From the NCBI GenBank assembly GCA_963848135.1, contig CAWKCK010000002.1, forward strand, positions 124,001 through 188,000: a stretch of DNA of 64,000 nt, in the 5' to 3' direction. The translations under genes and the position numbers were made by a program. The stretch's first letter is position 1; each line of letters starts with the position of its first letter. The notes under the pieces are model-generated. The model was not told the origin of the DNA. It searched no databases and saw only the letters and a list, made by a program, of their open reading frames with translations. The DNA comes from an uncultured delta proteobacterium. GTDB lineage: Bacteria > Desulfobacterota > Desulfobacteria > Desulfobacterales > SG8-13. Positions 19,390 to 29,456 of the stretch are shown here, one piece after another.

Positions 19390-20834
19390 TGTCCTCTTTT
19401 CGATTTTCGCAACCCATCGAATTTAAGGAGGAAGTCATCAAGGGCTTTGTGGTGGCAGGGACCACCAGCGGTAGCGGTAAAACCACGATTGCACTGGGAT
19501 TCCTGGCAGCCTTGACTCGCCGTGGGCATCGCGTGGCGCCGTTCAAGGTCGGTCCCGACTTTATCGATCCTGGGCACCACACACGGATCGCCGGATCCGT
19601 CAGCCGTAATCTGGATGGTTGGATGCTTTCGGATGCATACAATCGTAGCAGTTTCGCAAGGCATGCAAACGCTGCGGATGTCGCCGTTGTTGAAGGCGTC
19701 ATGGGTCTTTTCGATGGGCGCAATGGAAAAAGCGAGGCGGGTTCAACGGCCGAAATGGCAAAGTGGCTTGATTTGCCGGTCCTTCTGGTTGTCAACGCTC
19801 GCAGTATGGCCCGCAGTGCCGCTGCATTGATTCAAGGTTTTGAAAATTTCGACCGAGGGTTGAAATTTGCCGGTGTATTGTTTAACAATGTCGGCAGCCC
19901 CCGCCACTTGCGGTATTTGAATGAAGCGCTTGAAAATCACGTCGACATGCCCTGTATCGGTGGTATTCCACGGCAGTCAGCGATCACTATTCCGGAAAGA
20001 CATCTCGGACTGTTCACCCCAGCTGATCACACGCTTTCCGAGGACATTATCGACCAACTGGCTGACCTTATCGTGGAAAACATCGAGCTGGATGCCTTTC
20101 TTCGGCGGCTGGATGACCATCATGTCGTTCCGGAACTAACGAAAGAAAGCCGCTTCCCTGCTATCAACCACACCGACAGGGTCCGCATCGGTGTGGCCCG
20201 CGACAACGCATTCTGCTTCTACTATCAGGACAATTTGGATCTGCTGGTTGCTGCGGGTGCGCAGCTTGTATTCTTTTCACCCATGAAAGACAGCGACCTG
20301 CCACCAGGACTCGATGGCTTATATCTTGGCGGCGGTTATCCGGAATTATTTGCACGGCAGTTGGCTCAAAATCAGTCAATTCGTGACTGTATTAAACGGT
20401 TCAGCGCCACCGGAATGCCGATTTACGGGGAATGCGGTGGCATGATGTATCTCGGGGCCGCAATAACCGACCTGGAAGGGGTCCGGCATCCGATGACCGA
20501 TTGTTTTCCGCTCGAAACACGTATGCTGTCGCGTCTGAAATCACTCGGATACCGTGAGGTTCGAATGATTCGGGACAGTTTACTTGGAAGTTCCGACTTG
20601 AGGATTCGCGGTCACGAATTCCACTATTCCGAAATTACGGCAGTACCTGAAAGCGTCGAGACTGTCTACAGTGTGACAGGCCGTGCCGATGGACATCGTT
20701 TTCCGGAAGGGTACCAAATGAAAAACACACTGGGCAGTTATGTGCACCTACATTTCGGCAGCCAGCCGTCGGTTCCGTCTTCGATTGTCAACACTTGTTT
20801 GGCCTATAAACATGAAAGGAAACCTGTAAGATGA
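19389..20834 (+). CDS. cbiA: Cobyrinate a,c-diamide synthase
   Basis: SGSGKTT, FKVGPDFIDP, EGVMGLFDG, GGGYPE, YGECGG, GHEFHYS; true start may be ATC 19437 (see findings). Confidence 0.96.
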   Translation: MSSFRFSQPIEFKEEVIKGFVVAGTTSGSGKTTIALGFLAALTRRGHRVAPFKVGPDFIDPGHHTRIAGSVSRNLDGWMLSDAYNRSSFARHANAADVAVVEGVMGLFDGRNGKSEAGSTAEMAKWLDLPVLLVVNARSMARSAAALIQGFENFDRGLKFAGVLFNNVGSPRHLRYLNEALENHVDMPCIGGIPRQSAITIPERHLGLFTPADHTLSEDIIDQLADLIVENIELDAFLRRLDDHHVVPELTKESRFPAINHTDRVRIGVARDNAFCFYYQDNLDLLVAAGAQLVFFSPMKDSDLPPGLDGLYLGGGYPELFARQLAQNQSIRDCIKRFSATGMPIYGECGGMMYLGAAITDLEGVRHPMTDCFPLETRMLSRLKSLGYREVRMIRDSLLGSSDLRIRGHEFHYSEITAVPESVETVYSVTGRADGHRFPEGYQMKNTLGSYVHLHFGSQPSVPSSIVNTCLAYKHERKPVR

Positions 20835-21448
20835 GGCCCGAGGAAATTGAAAAACTGAGTTTTCAGATTATTGAAACCGAAACCGGTCCCCATCGGTTAC
20901 CGCCGGATCAATGGGCCATCGTAAGGCGGATCATCCACACATCAGCCGATTTCGAGTATTTAGACACCGTGCAATTTCATCCAAAAGCCATCGCCAGTGG
21001 CATCACGGCAATTCGCAACGGTTGTACTATTGTTACAGACACCAACATGGCCAAGGTCGGCATGCGAGAGAGAGACCTGAGTCGATTCGGCGTTTCGGTG
21101 AAATGCTATATGAGTGATCCTACCGTCGCCGAGACCGCCCTAAAAAATGGGTCCACTCGTGCGAAAGCAGCGGTAGACAAAGCCGTCGCCGAGGTGGAGG
21201 GGGGCATCTATGTTATTGGCAATGCACCGACGGCACTTTTGCACCTCGTTGACCTGGTTCAACAGGGTAAGGGCCGTCCGGCATTGATCATTGGGTTTCC
21301 GGTAGGATTCGTCAATGCGGCCGAGTCTAAAGCCGTTTTGATGGAGCAGCCGCTTCCTTACATTACCAATGTCGGGCGCAAAGGCGGCTCGAACGTTGCG
21401 GCAGCGGTGATTAATGCAATGGTCCTTCTGGCGCTGGCGAACAATTGA
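20831..21448 (+). CDS. cbiC: Cobalt-precorrin-8 methylmutase
   Basis: RRIIHTSAD, GNAPTAL, PVGFVNAAESK, GRKGGS. Confidence 0.96.
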   Translation: MRPEEIEKLSFQIIETETGPHRLPPDQWAIVRRIIHTSADFEYLDTVQFHPKAIASGITAIRNGCTIVTDTNMAKVGMRERDLSRFGVSVKCYMSDPTVAETALKNGSTRAKAAVDKAVAEVEGGIYVIGNAPTALLHLVDLVQQGKGRPALIIGFPVGFVNAAESKAVLMEQPLPYITNVGRKGGSNVAAAVINAMVLLALANN

Positions 21449-22569
21449 CGACGCGACGGGGAAAACTGAGAACCGGGTTCACCACAGGGACGGCGGCAGC
21501 CGCAGCGACCAAAGGGGCGCTTAAATGCCTCCTCGAAAAGCACCGTCCTGAGTGGGTGGCAGTTCAATTGCTCAACGGGCAGACCCTTCGGATTCCCATT
21601 CACACATGTGAGAAGGTGAATGACCGGTCGGCCGTGTGCACGGTCATCAAGGATGCCGGTGATGACCCGGATGTCACCAATGGCGCCGAGATCGGCGCCC
21701 GGGTATCTCTCTTGGCGATTCCAAGCGCCCGGGCGGCGGCAGGTTCGGTTATCATCAAGGGCGGCCGCGGTGTGGGGCGTGTAACCAAACCGGGCCTGGA
21801 AGTTCCGCCCGGTGAACCGGCGATCAATTCGGGCCCGCGGCGCATGATTACACAGGCTGCCCGGGAAATAATGCAAAAGCATGCCATTGACCAGCCGCTC
21901 CAGGTGGACGTATTTGTTCCCGCGGGAGAAGAACTGGCGCGAAAGACCCTTAACGCCAGGCTCGGCATCCTGGGCGGGATATCGATTCTCGGGACAACCG
22001 GTGTCGTCACCCCGATGTCGCATGCGGCCTATACGGCCACCATTCAGTCGGCGCTGTCGGTGGCCCGGGCGTGTGGACAGGAGCGGGTGGTTCTGACCAC
22101 CGGACGGCGTAGTGAACGGTTTGCACAGTATCTGTGGCCGAGCCTGCCGGAGGAAGCGTTCGTTCAGATCGGCGATTTTTTCAAGTTCTCACTTGAAACA
22201 GCCGCTGGTATGATGTTCAAAAAACTGTCCCTGGTTGTTTTTTTTGGCAAGGCTGTCAAAATGTCCCAAGGGATACCGCATACCCACGCCGCCAAATCGA
22301 GCATGTCGCTCAGCAAACTGTCACAGTGGGTCCGGGAGGCTTGCGGCCAAACCGAGCTGGCCATCGCGGTCGAAAGCGCCAATACCGCACGGCAGGCCTT
22401 CGACATCGTGCGCATGGGGTGCCCCGGGGTCATTGAACGCGTGGGACAGGAAGTCATTGTTGCGGCCCGTAATTTTTGCGATATGAAAATCCAGGTCCAA
22501 AGTATCATTCTCGATTTCGAAGGCCGGATTGTTTTCGACTCCGATGGCGCAGGGGGTAAGTTAATATGA
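21445..22569 (+). CDS. cbiD: Cobalt-precorrin-5B C1-methyltransferase
   Basis: LRTGFTTG, KDAGDDPDVT, AINSGPR, TLNARLGILGGISILGTTG; TTG start overlaps cbiC stop. Confidence 0.96.
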   Translation: MTTRRGKLRTGFTTGTAAAAATKGALKCLLEKHRPEWVAVQLLNGQTLRIPIHTCEKVNDRSAVCTVIKDAGDDPDVTNGAEIGARVSLLAIPSARAAAGSVIIKGGRGVGRVTKPGLEVPPGEPAINSGPRRMITQAAREIMQKHAIDQPLQVDVFVPAGEELARKTLNARLGILGGISILGTTGVVTPMSHAAYTATIQSALSVARACGQERVVLTTGRRSERFAQYLWPSLPEEAFVQIGDFFKFSLETAAGMMFKKLSLVVFFGKAVKMSQGIPHTHAAKSSMSLSKLSQWVREACGQTELAIAVESANTARQAFDIVRMGCPGVIERVGQEVIVAARNFCDMKIQVQSIILDFEGRIVFDSDGAGGKLI

Positions 22570-23792
22570 ATCCGATCACGATCATCGGAATGGGAATGTC
22601 GATAAGCGATCTGACAGACCGGCAGCTATCGCAAATCAGAAAGGCCGATATCCTTATCGGCGCCGAAAGACACCTGAATTATTTCACGGACGTTCCGGCC
22701 CGCAAGAAAACGATCAATCGCGACATAAAAGGCATCGCCGACTACATTAAACAGCGAATGCATGATCATTCAATTGTTGTTCTGGCATCTGGAGATCCCC
22801 TGTTTTACGGTATCGGTGCCTACCTTTCAAGAACGCTCGGCCCCGACCATGTCAGCGTGCACCCGAATATTACAGCAGTGGCCGCGGCCTTCGCCCGGAT
22901 CAAGGAAACCTGGCATGATGCAGTGGTTGTCAGCCTGCACGGCCGGCAAAATGAGGCCCAGTTTCTTGAATCCGTCAGGACCTTCGACAAAATCGCAGTT
23001 TTGACCGATCCACATTTCAATCCCGCTTATCTGGCAAGGAAGTGTATCGATGCCGGCCTGCCGGACATGAAGATGTGTGTGCTCGAACGTCTCGGTGCCG
23101 AGGACGAACGGGTGACATGGCATGCGTTGTCTCAAGCCGCCCGGTTGACCTTTACCGAACCGAATCTGGTCATTTTCAGGCGGGACGAGACCAGTAATGT
23201 TTCAGCCGCATCGCTTCGAATGGGATTACCAGAGGAACTGTATGACCACGAGCGAGGTTTGATTACCAAAGCCGAAATCAGGGCGGTTACGATTGCGAAA
23301 CTGAACCTGGAAGCAGGACATGTTTTTTGGGACTTGGGGGCGGGAAGCGGTTCGATCGGTATTGAGGCGTCTCTTTTTGTTAAACATGGACGGATTATAG
23401 CCGTCGAAAAAAATCAAAAACGGGTGCAGCAGATTGAACGTAACCTGAGGCGCTTCAACGTCAGGAACTTGAAGGTGATCCAGGGAGTGCTGCCGGATGC
23501 GATGAACGCTTTACCGCGACCGGATCGCGTATTCATCGGCGGTGGCGGGAAAGATCTTGCCGCTATTATCCGTGAAGCCGCCGGCAGACTCCGGTCCCCC
23601 GGGATCATTGTTGTCAATACGGTTCTCCTGCCGAATCTGACGGCGGCCATAACCAGCATGGAAGAAATGGGCCTGCAAACCGATACGGTTCAGGTGCAGA
23701 TAAACCGTGGCCGATCGATGCCTTGGGGCCAGAGGCTTGAAGCCGAAAATCCGGTTTGGATAATATCCGCTAAAGAGCCGACATTGCCATAA
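22566..23792 (+). CDS. cbiET: Bifunctional cobalt-precorrin-7 C5/precorrin-6B C15 methyltransferase
   Basis: SGDPLFYG, SLHGR; TKAEIR, WDLGAGSGS, PDRVFIGG. Confidence 0.94.
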   Translation: MNPITIIGMGMSISDLTDRQLSQIRKADILIGAERHLNYFTDVPARKKTINRDIKGIADYIKQRMHDHSIVVLASGDPLFYGIGAYLSRTLGPDHVSVHPNITAVAAAFARIKETWHDAVVVSLHGRQNEAQFLESVRTFDKIAVLTDPHFNPAYLARKCIDAGLPDMKMCVLERLGAEDERVTWHALSQAARLTFTEPNLVIFRRDETSNVSAASLRMGLPEELYDHERGLITKAEIRAVTIAKLNLEAGHVFWDLGAGSGSIGIEASLFVKHGRIIAVEKNQKRVQQIERNLRRFNVRNLKVIQGVLPDAMNALPRPDRVFIGGGGKDLAAIIREAAGRLRSPGIIVVNTVLLPNLTAAITSMEEMGLQTDTVQVQINRGRSMPWGQRLEAENPVWIISAKEPTLP

Positions 23793-23816
23793 CCTTTTCA
23801 CTGTTAAAGAGGCAGT

Positions 23817-24596
23817 ATGAAGGAAAACAAAACCCTTGATCCAGTGCTATTTGTGGGCGCCGGACCGGGTGATCCGGAATTGATAACTGTCAAAGGGCGC
23901 AATGCCCTGGAGGACGCCGATCTTGTGATATATGCCGGCTCGCTTGTACCGAAGGCGTTGTTGAAATGGACCCGACCCGGTTGTAACAGCGTCAGCAGCG
24001 CTTCGATGCATCTGGATGAAATTGTCTCCGCCATCGATACGGCCTACAGGGGCGGGAAGAAGGTTGTCCGGCTGCATACCGGAGATCCCAGCCTCTACGG
24101 GGCCATATTCGAGCAGATGACCGCTCTGCAGAAAAGAGGCATACCGTACCGTGTCATTCCGGGTGTGACGGCGGCTTTCGCCGCTGCAGCGGCCATGGGG
24201 ATCGAATATACCCTGCCGGAAGTGTCTCAGACTTTGATTCTCACTCGGATGGCGGGAAGAACGCCTGTGCCGGAACGGGAGAATCTGGCGGCATTGGCGG
24301 CACATAGAACTTCAATGGCCATTTATTTGAGCGTGCACCTTGTGGAACAGATGACCCAAACGCTGATGCAGGCCTATGGTAAATCTGCGCCCTGCGCGGT
24401 TGTGTACCGGGTGAGCCATCCGGAAGAACGGATTGTATGGACCACCATCGACCGTCTTGCGGCAACGGTCAAAGAAGAGAACATCACTCGTCAGGCACTG
24501 GTTATCGTCGGGGAGATTTTGAAAGCCGGGCCGTCGGATCAGGCACAACCGTCGAAACTCTATGACAAACATTTTTCGCACGGATTCAGGAAGTAG
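23817..24596 (+). CDS. cbiF: Cobalt-precorrin-4 C11-methyltransferase
   Basis: GAGPGDPELITVKG, YAGSLV, RLHTGDPSLYGA, SKLYD..FSHGFR. Confidence 0.96.
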   Translation: MKENKTLDPVLFVGAGPGDPELITVKGRNALEDADLVIYAGSLVPKALLKWTRPGCNSVSSASMHLDEIVSAIDTAYRGGKKVVRLHTGDPSLYGAIFEQMTALQKRGIPYRVIPGVTAAFAAAAAMGIEYTLPEVSQTLILTRMAGRTPVPERENLAALAAHRTSMAIYLSVHLVEQMTQTLMQAYGKSAPCAVVYRVSHPEERIVWTTIDRLAATVKEENITRQALVIVGEILKAGPSDQAQPSKLYDKHFSHGFRK

Positions 24597-25694
24597 ATGA
24601 AAACCGTTCAGCCAAAGAACGGTTACGCGGTGTGGGCGTTGACACCCAACGGTGTTGGCTTGGCCGCCACGATAGCCGCAAATATCGCTGCGGTCGATGT
24701 CTATCTGTCCCGGTCTTTGAAAACTGGCTCTGGGGCGATTCCGTTGACCAAGGCCCTATTTTTCTCGCGTCTATCAGATTCTCTGGCACCGGTCTTCCAG
24801 CGCTATCGCGGGCATATATTTATCACATCGACCGGCATTGCCGTCCGACTCACTGCACCGCTTCTGCGAGGTAAAACCGTCGATCCAGCCGTGGTGGTTG
24901 TAGATGATAGGGGCCGCCATGTCATCAGTTTACTATCGGGACACATCGGCGGTGCCAACACTCTGACAGACACAGTGGCCCGGATCATCGGCGCTGAACC
25001 GGTCATCACGACAGCCACGGACGTCAACCGCCGGCCGGCAATTGATTTGCTGGCCATCGAACGAAAACTTTATATCGAAAACCCGGTCGCCATAAAAAGT
25101 GTCAACATGGCCATTCTGCGGAATCAGCGCCTGGAATTCCATGATCCTTATCGTTTGATGGTCGATGCAATAGATGCCAACCTGCTGAATATGGTCGATC
25201 CGCCCGGTATGGAGGCGACGGTACGGGGGTGGACAGGATCAGGCGGACGGGCTGGTGTCTACATCGACGATATACGGGTTGACCTTCCTCCGGAAGTATT
25301 GATATTACGGCCCGCAACTCTGGTTGCCGGCATTGGTTGTAACCGCAACACCGCCAAAGAGGAAATCCAGCGTCTGGTTGAGCATGTTCTCGACAGTCAC
25401 ACGCTATCGCCCCATAGCCTCACTGCCATTGCAACCGCCAGCCTCAAAAAAGACGAGCCCGGTTTGCTGGCAGCGGCTGAGGAATATGGACTGCCGATCC
25501 GATTTTATAAAAAAGATGAACTAAACCGGGTCGAAAATATAAAAACCCCGTCAGCGATGGCGGAAAAGCACATCGGAGTGAAAAGCGTATGCGAAGCAGC
25601 CGCGCTTCTGGCAGCCGCGGGCGGAAAGTTGATCGTGGCCAAACAGAAAACCCCCAACGTAACCGTGGCCATCGCCCGAATCGCCTCTACATAG
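24597..25694 (+). CDS. cbiG: Cobalt-precorrin-5A hydrolase
   Basis: DPAVVVVDD, LSGHIGGAN, VITTATD, GIGCNR, SVCEAAA. Confidence 0.95.
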   Translation: MKTVQPKNGYAVWALTPNGVGLAATIAANIAAVDVYLSRSLKTGSGAIPLTKALFFSRLSDSLAPVFQRYRGHIFITSTGIAVRLTAPLLRGKTVDPAVVVVDDRGRHVISLLSGHIGGANTLTDTVARIIGAEPVITTATDVNRRPAIDLLAIERKLYIENPVAIKSVNMAILRNQRLEFHDPYRLMVDAIDANLLNMVDPPGMEATVRGWTGSGGRAGVYIDDIRVDLPPEVLILRPATLVAGIGCNRNTAKEEIQRLVEHVLDSHTLSPHSLTAIATASLKKDEPGLLAAAEEYGLPIRFYKKDELNRVENIKTPSAMAEKHIGVKSVCEAAALLAAAGGKLIVAKQKTPNVTVAIARIAST

Positions 25695-26503
25695 TAGGGA
25701 TCGGACCGGGGGATAAAGACCACATGTCACGGCGTGCTACGGATGTCCTGACTGAGGTTGAAGCTGTGGCCGGATATACCACCTATATCGATCTGATTCG
25801 GCCCCTCATCGGCGATAAAGAGATCATCGCCACCGCCATGACCAAGGAAGTCGACCGGGTCGCCGCGGCCATTGGTATCGCGCTGTCCGGGAGATCATGT
25901 GCTATCGTTTCCAGCGGTGATCCGGGCATCTATGCCATGGCCGGCCTGGCCTTTGAAATGTGCCGGGAAAAAAATATTATCATCCGTCCACCCGGAACTG
26001 AGACCGGAAAGACGGCACGCGCCGAGAAGCAACTGCAGATTGAGGTTGTGCCGGGAATACCGGCGCTGTGTGCCGGCGCCGCATTGCTCGGGGCACCGTT
26101 GACCCATGATTTTGCGGTCGTTAGCCTCAGCGACTTGCTGACACCCTGGGAAACGATTGAGAAACGGCTCGCTGCCGCGGCAGACGCTGATTTTGTCATC
26201 GTCTTATATAACCCGAAGAGCCGACGCCGCAGTGGCCATCTCGAAAAGGCTCAGAAAATCATCTTGCAGGCCAGGGATCCGCACACACCCGTTGGGATTG
26301 TCAGACGGGCCAATCGTGAAGGACAGGGGGTCACTTTTTGTGATCTCGCAGACTTGCACCGGGCCGAGGTCGATATGCAGACGATCGTTTTCATCGGCAG
26401 CAGCGCTTCCGTTCGTTATCTCGATTTTATGGTGACCCCCCGGGGCTATGCCGCCAAATACACCATTGACGGCGAAAACGTTTCGACGTCCTCCCGTATT
26501 TGA
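25589..26503 (+). CDS. cbiH: Cobalt-precorrin-3 C17-methyltransferase
   Basis: LYIVGIGPG, SSGDPGIYAMA, GAPLTHDF, SLSDLLTPW, YNPKS, TPRGY; start uncertain. Confidence 0.93.
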   Translation: MRSSRASGSRGRKVDRGQTENPQRNRGHRPNRLYIVGIGPGDKDHMSRRATDVLTEVEAVAGYTTYIDLIRPLIGDKEIIATAMTKEVDRVAAAIGIALSGRSCAIVSSGDPGIYAMAGLAFEMCREKNIIIRPPGTETGKTARAEKQLQIEVVPGIPALCAGAALLGAPLTHDFAVVSLSDLLTPWETIEKRLAAAADADFVIVLYNPKSRRRSGHLEKAQKIILQARDPHTPVGIVRRANREGQGVTFCDLADLHRAEVDMQTIVFIGSSASVRYLDFMVTPRGYAAKYTIDGENVSTSSRI

Positions 26504-26610
26504 GATCGCCTCGAGGCTGCCCCCCTGCAAACATTTTAAACCCGAAAGATGCGGACGAGGGAAATTGAAACCACCTAACGGCCACGTCAATAAAAGAGGT
26601 TAGAAGACCG

Positions 26611-28119
26611 GTGAATCACGCACGTTCTCAAGCAATCCCCTGCCTGGCGGTTCTCGGTACCGGCTCGGATGTCGGGAAAAGTATCATTGCGGCCGCTCTG
26701 TGCCGCGCCTTTGCCAACCGGGGTGTCCGTGTGGCCCCTTTCAAGGCTCAGAACATGTCAAACAACTCGGGGATCACTCCCGAAGGGCTTGAAATGGGTC
26801 GGGCCCAGATCGTCCAGGCCATGGCGGCCCGGGTTCCGCCCCATGTGGACATGAACCCGATACTGCTGAAACCGACGAGCGAGGTCGGCTCGCAGATCGT
26901 TCTTTTGGGAAAGGCGATTGCCAACAGTACGGCCGCCGAATACCATCGTCGCAAGGATGACCTGTTTGCCGGCGCCGCAGCCGCTCTGGATCGCTTGCGC
27001 GCGACCAACGAACTGGTGGTTATCGAAGGTGCTGGCTCGTGTGCCGAAGTCAACTTGATGGCCCATGATATCGTCAATTTCCGGATCGCCGAGTATACCG
27101 ACGCCCCGGTTCTTCTGGTTGCGGATATTCATCGCGGCGGCGTTTTTGCTCAGATCGTCGGCACCCTGGCGTGCTTGCCGCCGGATCGTCAGGAACGCAT
27201 CGCAGGTTTCATCATCAACCGGTTCAGAGGTGACCGCAACCTTTTTTCTGATGGGGTAAAATGGATTGAGGAAAGGACAGGCAAACGGGTTTTCGGTGTG
27301 CACCCATGGTACACCGACCTGAGCATCGAGTCCGAGGATTCTGTGGTGATCGAGAATCCACAGGTGATCACACCCGGTCGAATAAAAGGACCGGCCATCG
27401 CAGTCATTCGGGTACCTCACATATCGAACTTTACCGATTTCGATCCACTGGAGAGCATCGAAGATCTGCAGATTTGTTTCCTCGAAAAAAGACAGAACCT
27501 GAAAGCGTTCAATGCCGTCATTCTGCCCGGTTCAAAGAATACCCGTTTCGACCTCGAGTGGCTGCATACCACCGGGTGGTCGGAGGAAATCAAGCAATAT
27601 ACGGCCGGAAACGGCCACGTGCTGGGCATATGCGGTGGTTTTCAGATGCTGGGCGAGTGGGTACACGATCCGTCCGGGTTGGAAGGCGCACCGGGGAGCA
27701 CCCCGGGGTTGTCACTTCTGCCGGTGGAAACCATACTGCAGGCGCCCAAAACCACAACCCTCACGCACTTTGACTGGACCGGGAGCCAGGGGTGTGGTTA
27801 TGAGATTCATATGGGCCAGACTAACCGCAAGGGCGGCCGACCGATTTTTTCCGTCAGCGAGCAGAACGGTCGTGCATGCGATCTCAAAGACGGTTGCGAG
27901 GTGGAGCAGTTCAGGATCATGGGTACGTATATCCACGGTCTGTTCGACACTCCGGCGATAGCAGAGCGCTGGTTGAAGACCATCGGGTTGGTAGATATTG
28001 CCATCAGCGGTTTGTATGGACCGACCGCCAGAGATCGCGATTTGGACCGCCTTGCCGAGCATTTCACGACCCATGTGGACATGGCGGCCATAGCCGCAAC
28101 CATCGGGATCGAATTCTGA
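26611..28119 (+). CDS. cbiP: Cobyric acid synthase (CbiP/CobQ)
   Basis: GTGSDVGKS, PFKAQNMS, MNPILLKP, EGAGS, GICGGFQMLG, GYEIH.G, TYIHG. Confidence 0.96.
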   Translation: MNHARSQAIPCLAVLGTGSDVGKSIIAAALCRAFANRGVRVAPFKAQNMSNNSGITPEGLEMGRAQIVQAMAARVPPHVDMNPILLKPTSEVGSQIVLLGKAIANSTAAEYHRRKDDLFAGAAAALDRLRATNELVVIEGAGSCAEVNLMAHDIVNFRIAEYTDAPVLLVADIHRGGVFAQIVGTLACLPPDRQERIAGFIINRFRGDRNLFSDGVKWIEERTGKRVFGVHPWYTDLSIESEDSVVIENPQVITPGRIKGPAIAVIRVPHISNFTDFDPLESIEDLQICFLEKRQNLKAFNAVILPGSKNTRFDLEWLHTTGWSEEIKQYTAGNGHVLGICGGFQMLGEWVHDPSGLEGAPGSTPGLSLLPVETILQAPKTTTLTHFDWTGSQGCGYEIHMGQTNRKGGRPIFSVSEQNGRACDLKDGCEVEQFRIMGTYIHGLFDTPAIAERWLKTIGLVDIAISGLYGPTARDRDLDRLAEHFTTHVDMAAIAATIGIEF

Positions 28120-28159
28120 GCATAAATTTCATAAAATCCGAATCTCAAGGGAATAACAG

Positions 28160-28696
28160 GTGCAGCAAAACACGCTAGTCATCGGCGGATGCCGGAGCGG
28201 AAAAAGCGGTCAGGCTCTGAAACTGGCCGAGAGTTACGATCTGAACCACCGGGTGTATATTGCGACCTGTGTTCCGCATGACGAAGAAATGCGCTATCGT
28301 GTTACGCGACATCAGGCAGAGCGGGGCAACCGCTGGTCTACGGTGGAAGAGCCGCTAAGGGTGCCGGAAGTCATTGACTTCAGCTGTTCACCGGACACCG
28401 TTCTCCTGGTCGACTGCCTGACTCTCTGGGTCACCAATCTGATTATGGATACCGATAAGCAGGACCCGGAGCAATTCCTCGAGCCGACACAACGATTGGT
28501 GCAATCTCTGGTGAAAGCCAAAGGGCCGGTAATTCTGGTGTCCAATGAAGTCGGCACCGGTATCGTGCCGGAGAACCGATTGGCGCGGCTATTCAGGGAC
28601 ACGGCCGGTTCCATCAATCAGGCCGTGGCTAAAGCTGCCGACAGCGTCTTATGGATGGTCGCCGGCATCCCCGTGAAAGTTAAACCGTTACTTTAA
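28160..28696 (+). CDS. cobU: Adenosylcobinamide kinase/phosphate guanylyltransferase
   Basis: GGCRSGKS, RHQAER, DCLTLW, VSNEVG.G.VP. Confidence 0.96.
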   Translation: MQQNTLVIGGCRSGKSGQALKLAESYDLNHRVYIATCVPHDEEMRYRVTRHQAERGNRWSTVEEPLRVPEVIDFSCSPDTVLLVDCLTLWVTNLIMDTDKQDPEQFLEPTQRLVQSLVKAKGPVILVSNEVGTGIVPENRLARLFRDTAGSINQAVAKAADSVLWMVAGIPVKVKPLL

Positions 28697-28727
28697 GTAT
28701 ATCAGGTCATAGGGTGCGCCCCCACGC

Positions 28728-29456
28728 ATGAAAAATTTTTTCAGCGCGCTACAGTTCATAACCGTATTGCCTCTTGGAAAGCCCGGGAAATTCGAACCCG
28801 CTGGTATGCTGCCGTATTTTCCTCTCGTCGGTCTACTGCTCGGGGCAATGGCCTTTTGTCTTGATACTTTTTTTACGCACCTGTGGTCACGCCCGGTGGC
28901 CTCGCTTCTCGACGTTTGCTTTCTTGTTGCCGTTACCGGTGCTTTTCATTTGGACGGGCTGGGCGACGCCGCCGACGGATTATACGGACATCGCACGCAA
29001 GAGGCGGCTTTGGAGATCATGAAAGACAGTCGTGTGGGTGTCATGGGACTCGTGGCGATTGTCTGCTGCCTGGCGCTGAAATGGGCGGGTATTTCCGGTC
29101 TGGACCCTCATCGCGGACTGTTATTGATGATCATACCGGCCTATGCCCGCGGCAGCATCCTTATCGGCGTCCGCATGCTGTCTTACGCCCGACCACAGGG
29201 GGGAACCGGCAAGGCATTTTTTGATGATAAGCCGGGTATTATCGCATTCTGGGGTATGATTCCCCCGGTATTACTCTCCCTTTTCTGCGGCTGGCAGGGC
29301 ATTCTTTTGAATGCCGTCTTTATGGTCGTGGTTACAGGGACACTGATTTACTACAAACGCAAAATGAACGGTATCACCGGAGACATGTTGGGGGCAATGG
29401 CCGAGGTGACTGAAGCGGTGATGTTTTTGGCTGTATCCGCAGGAGGCTTGCCATGA
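28728..29456 (+). CDS. cobS: Adenosylcobinamide-GDP ribazoletransferase
   Basis: TGAFHLDGLGD.ADG, MKDSRVG, GITGDMLGA. Confidence 0.96.
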   Translation: MKNFFSALQFITVLPLGKPGKFEPAGMLPYFPLVGLLLGAMAFCLDTFFTHLWSRPVASLLDVCFLVAVTGAFHLDGLGDAADGLYGHRTQEAALEIMKDSRVGVMGLVAIVCCLALKWAGISGLDPHRGLLLMIIPAYARGSILIGVRMLSYARPQGGTGKAFFDDKPGIIAFWGMIPPVLLSLFCGWQGILLNAVFMVVVTGTLIYYKRKMNGITGDMLGAMAEVTEAVMFLAVSAGGLP

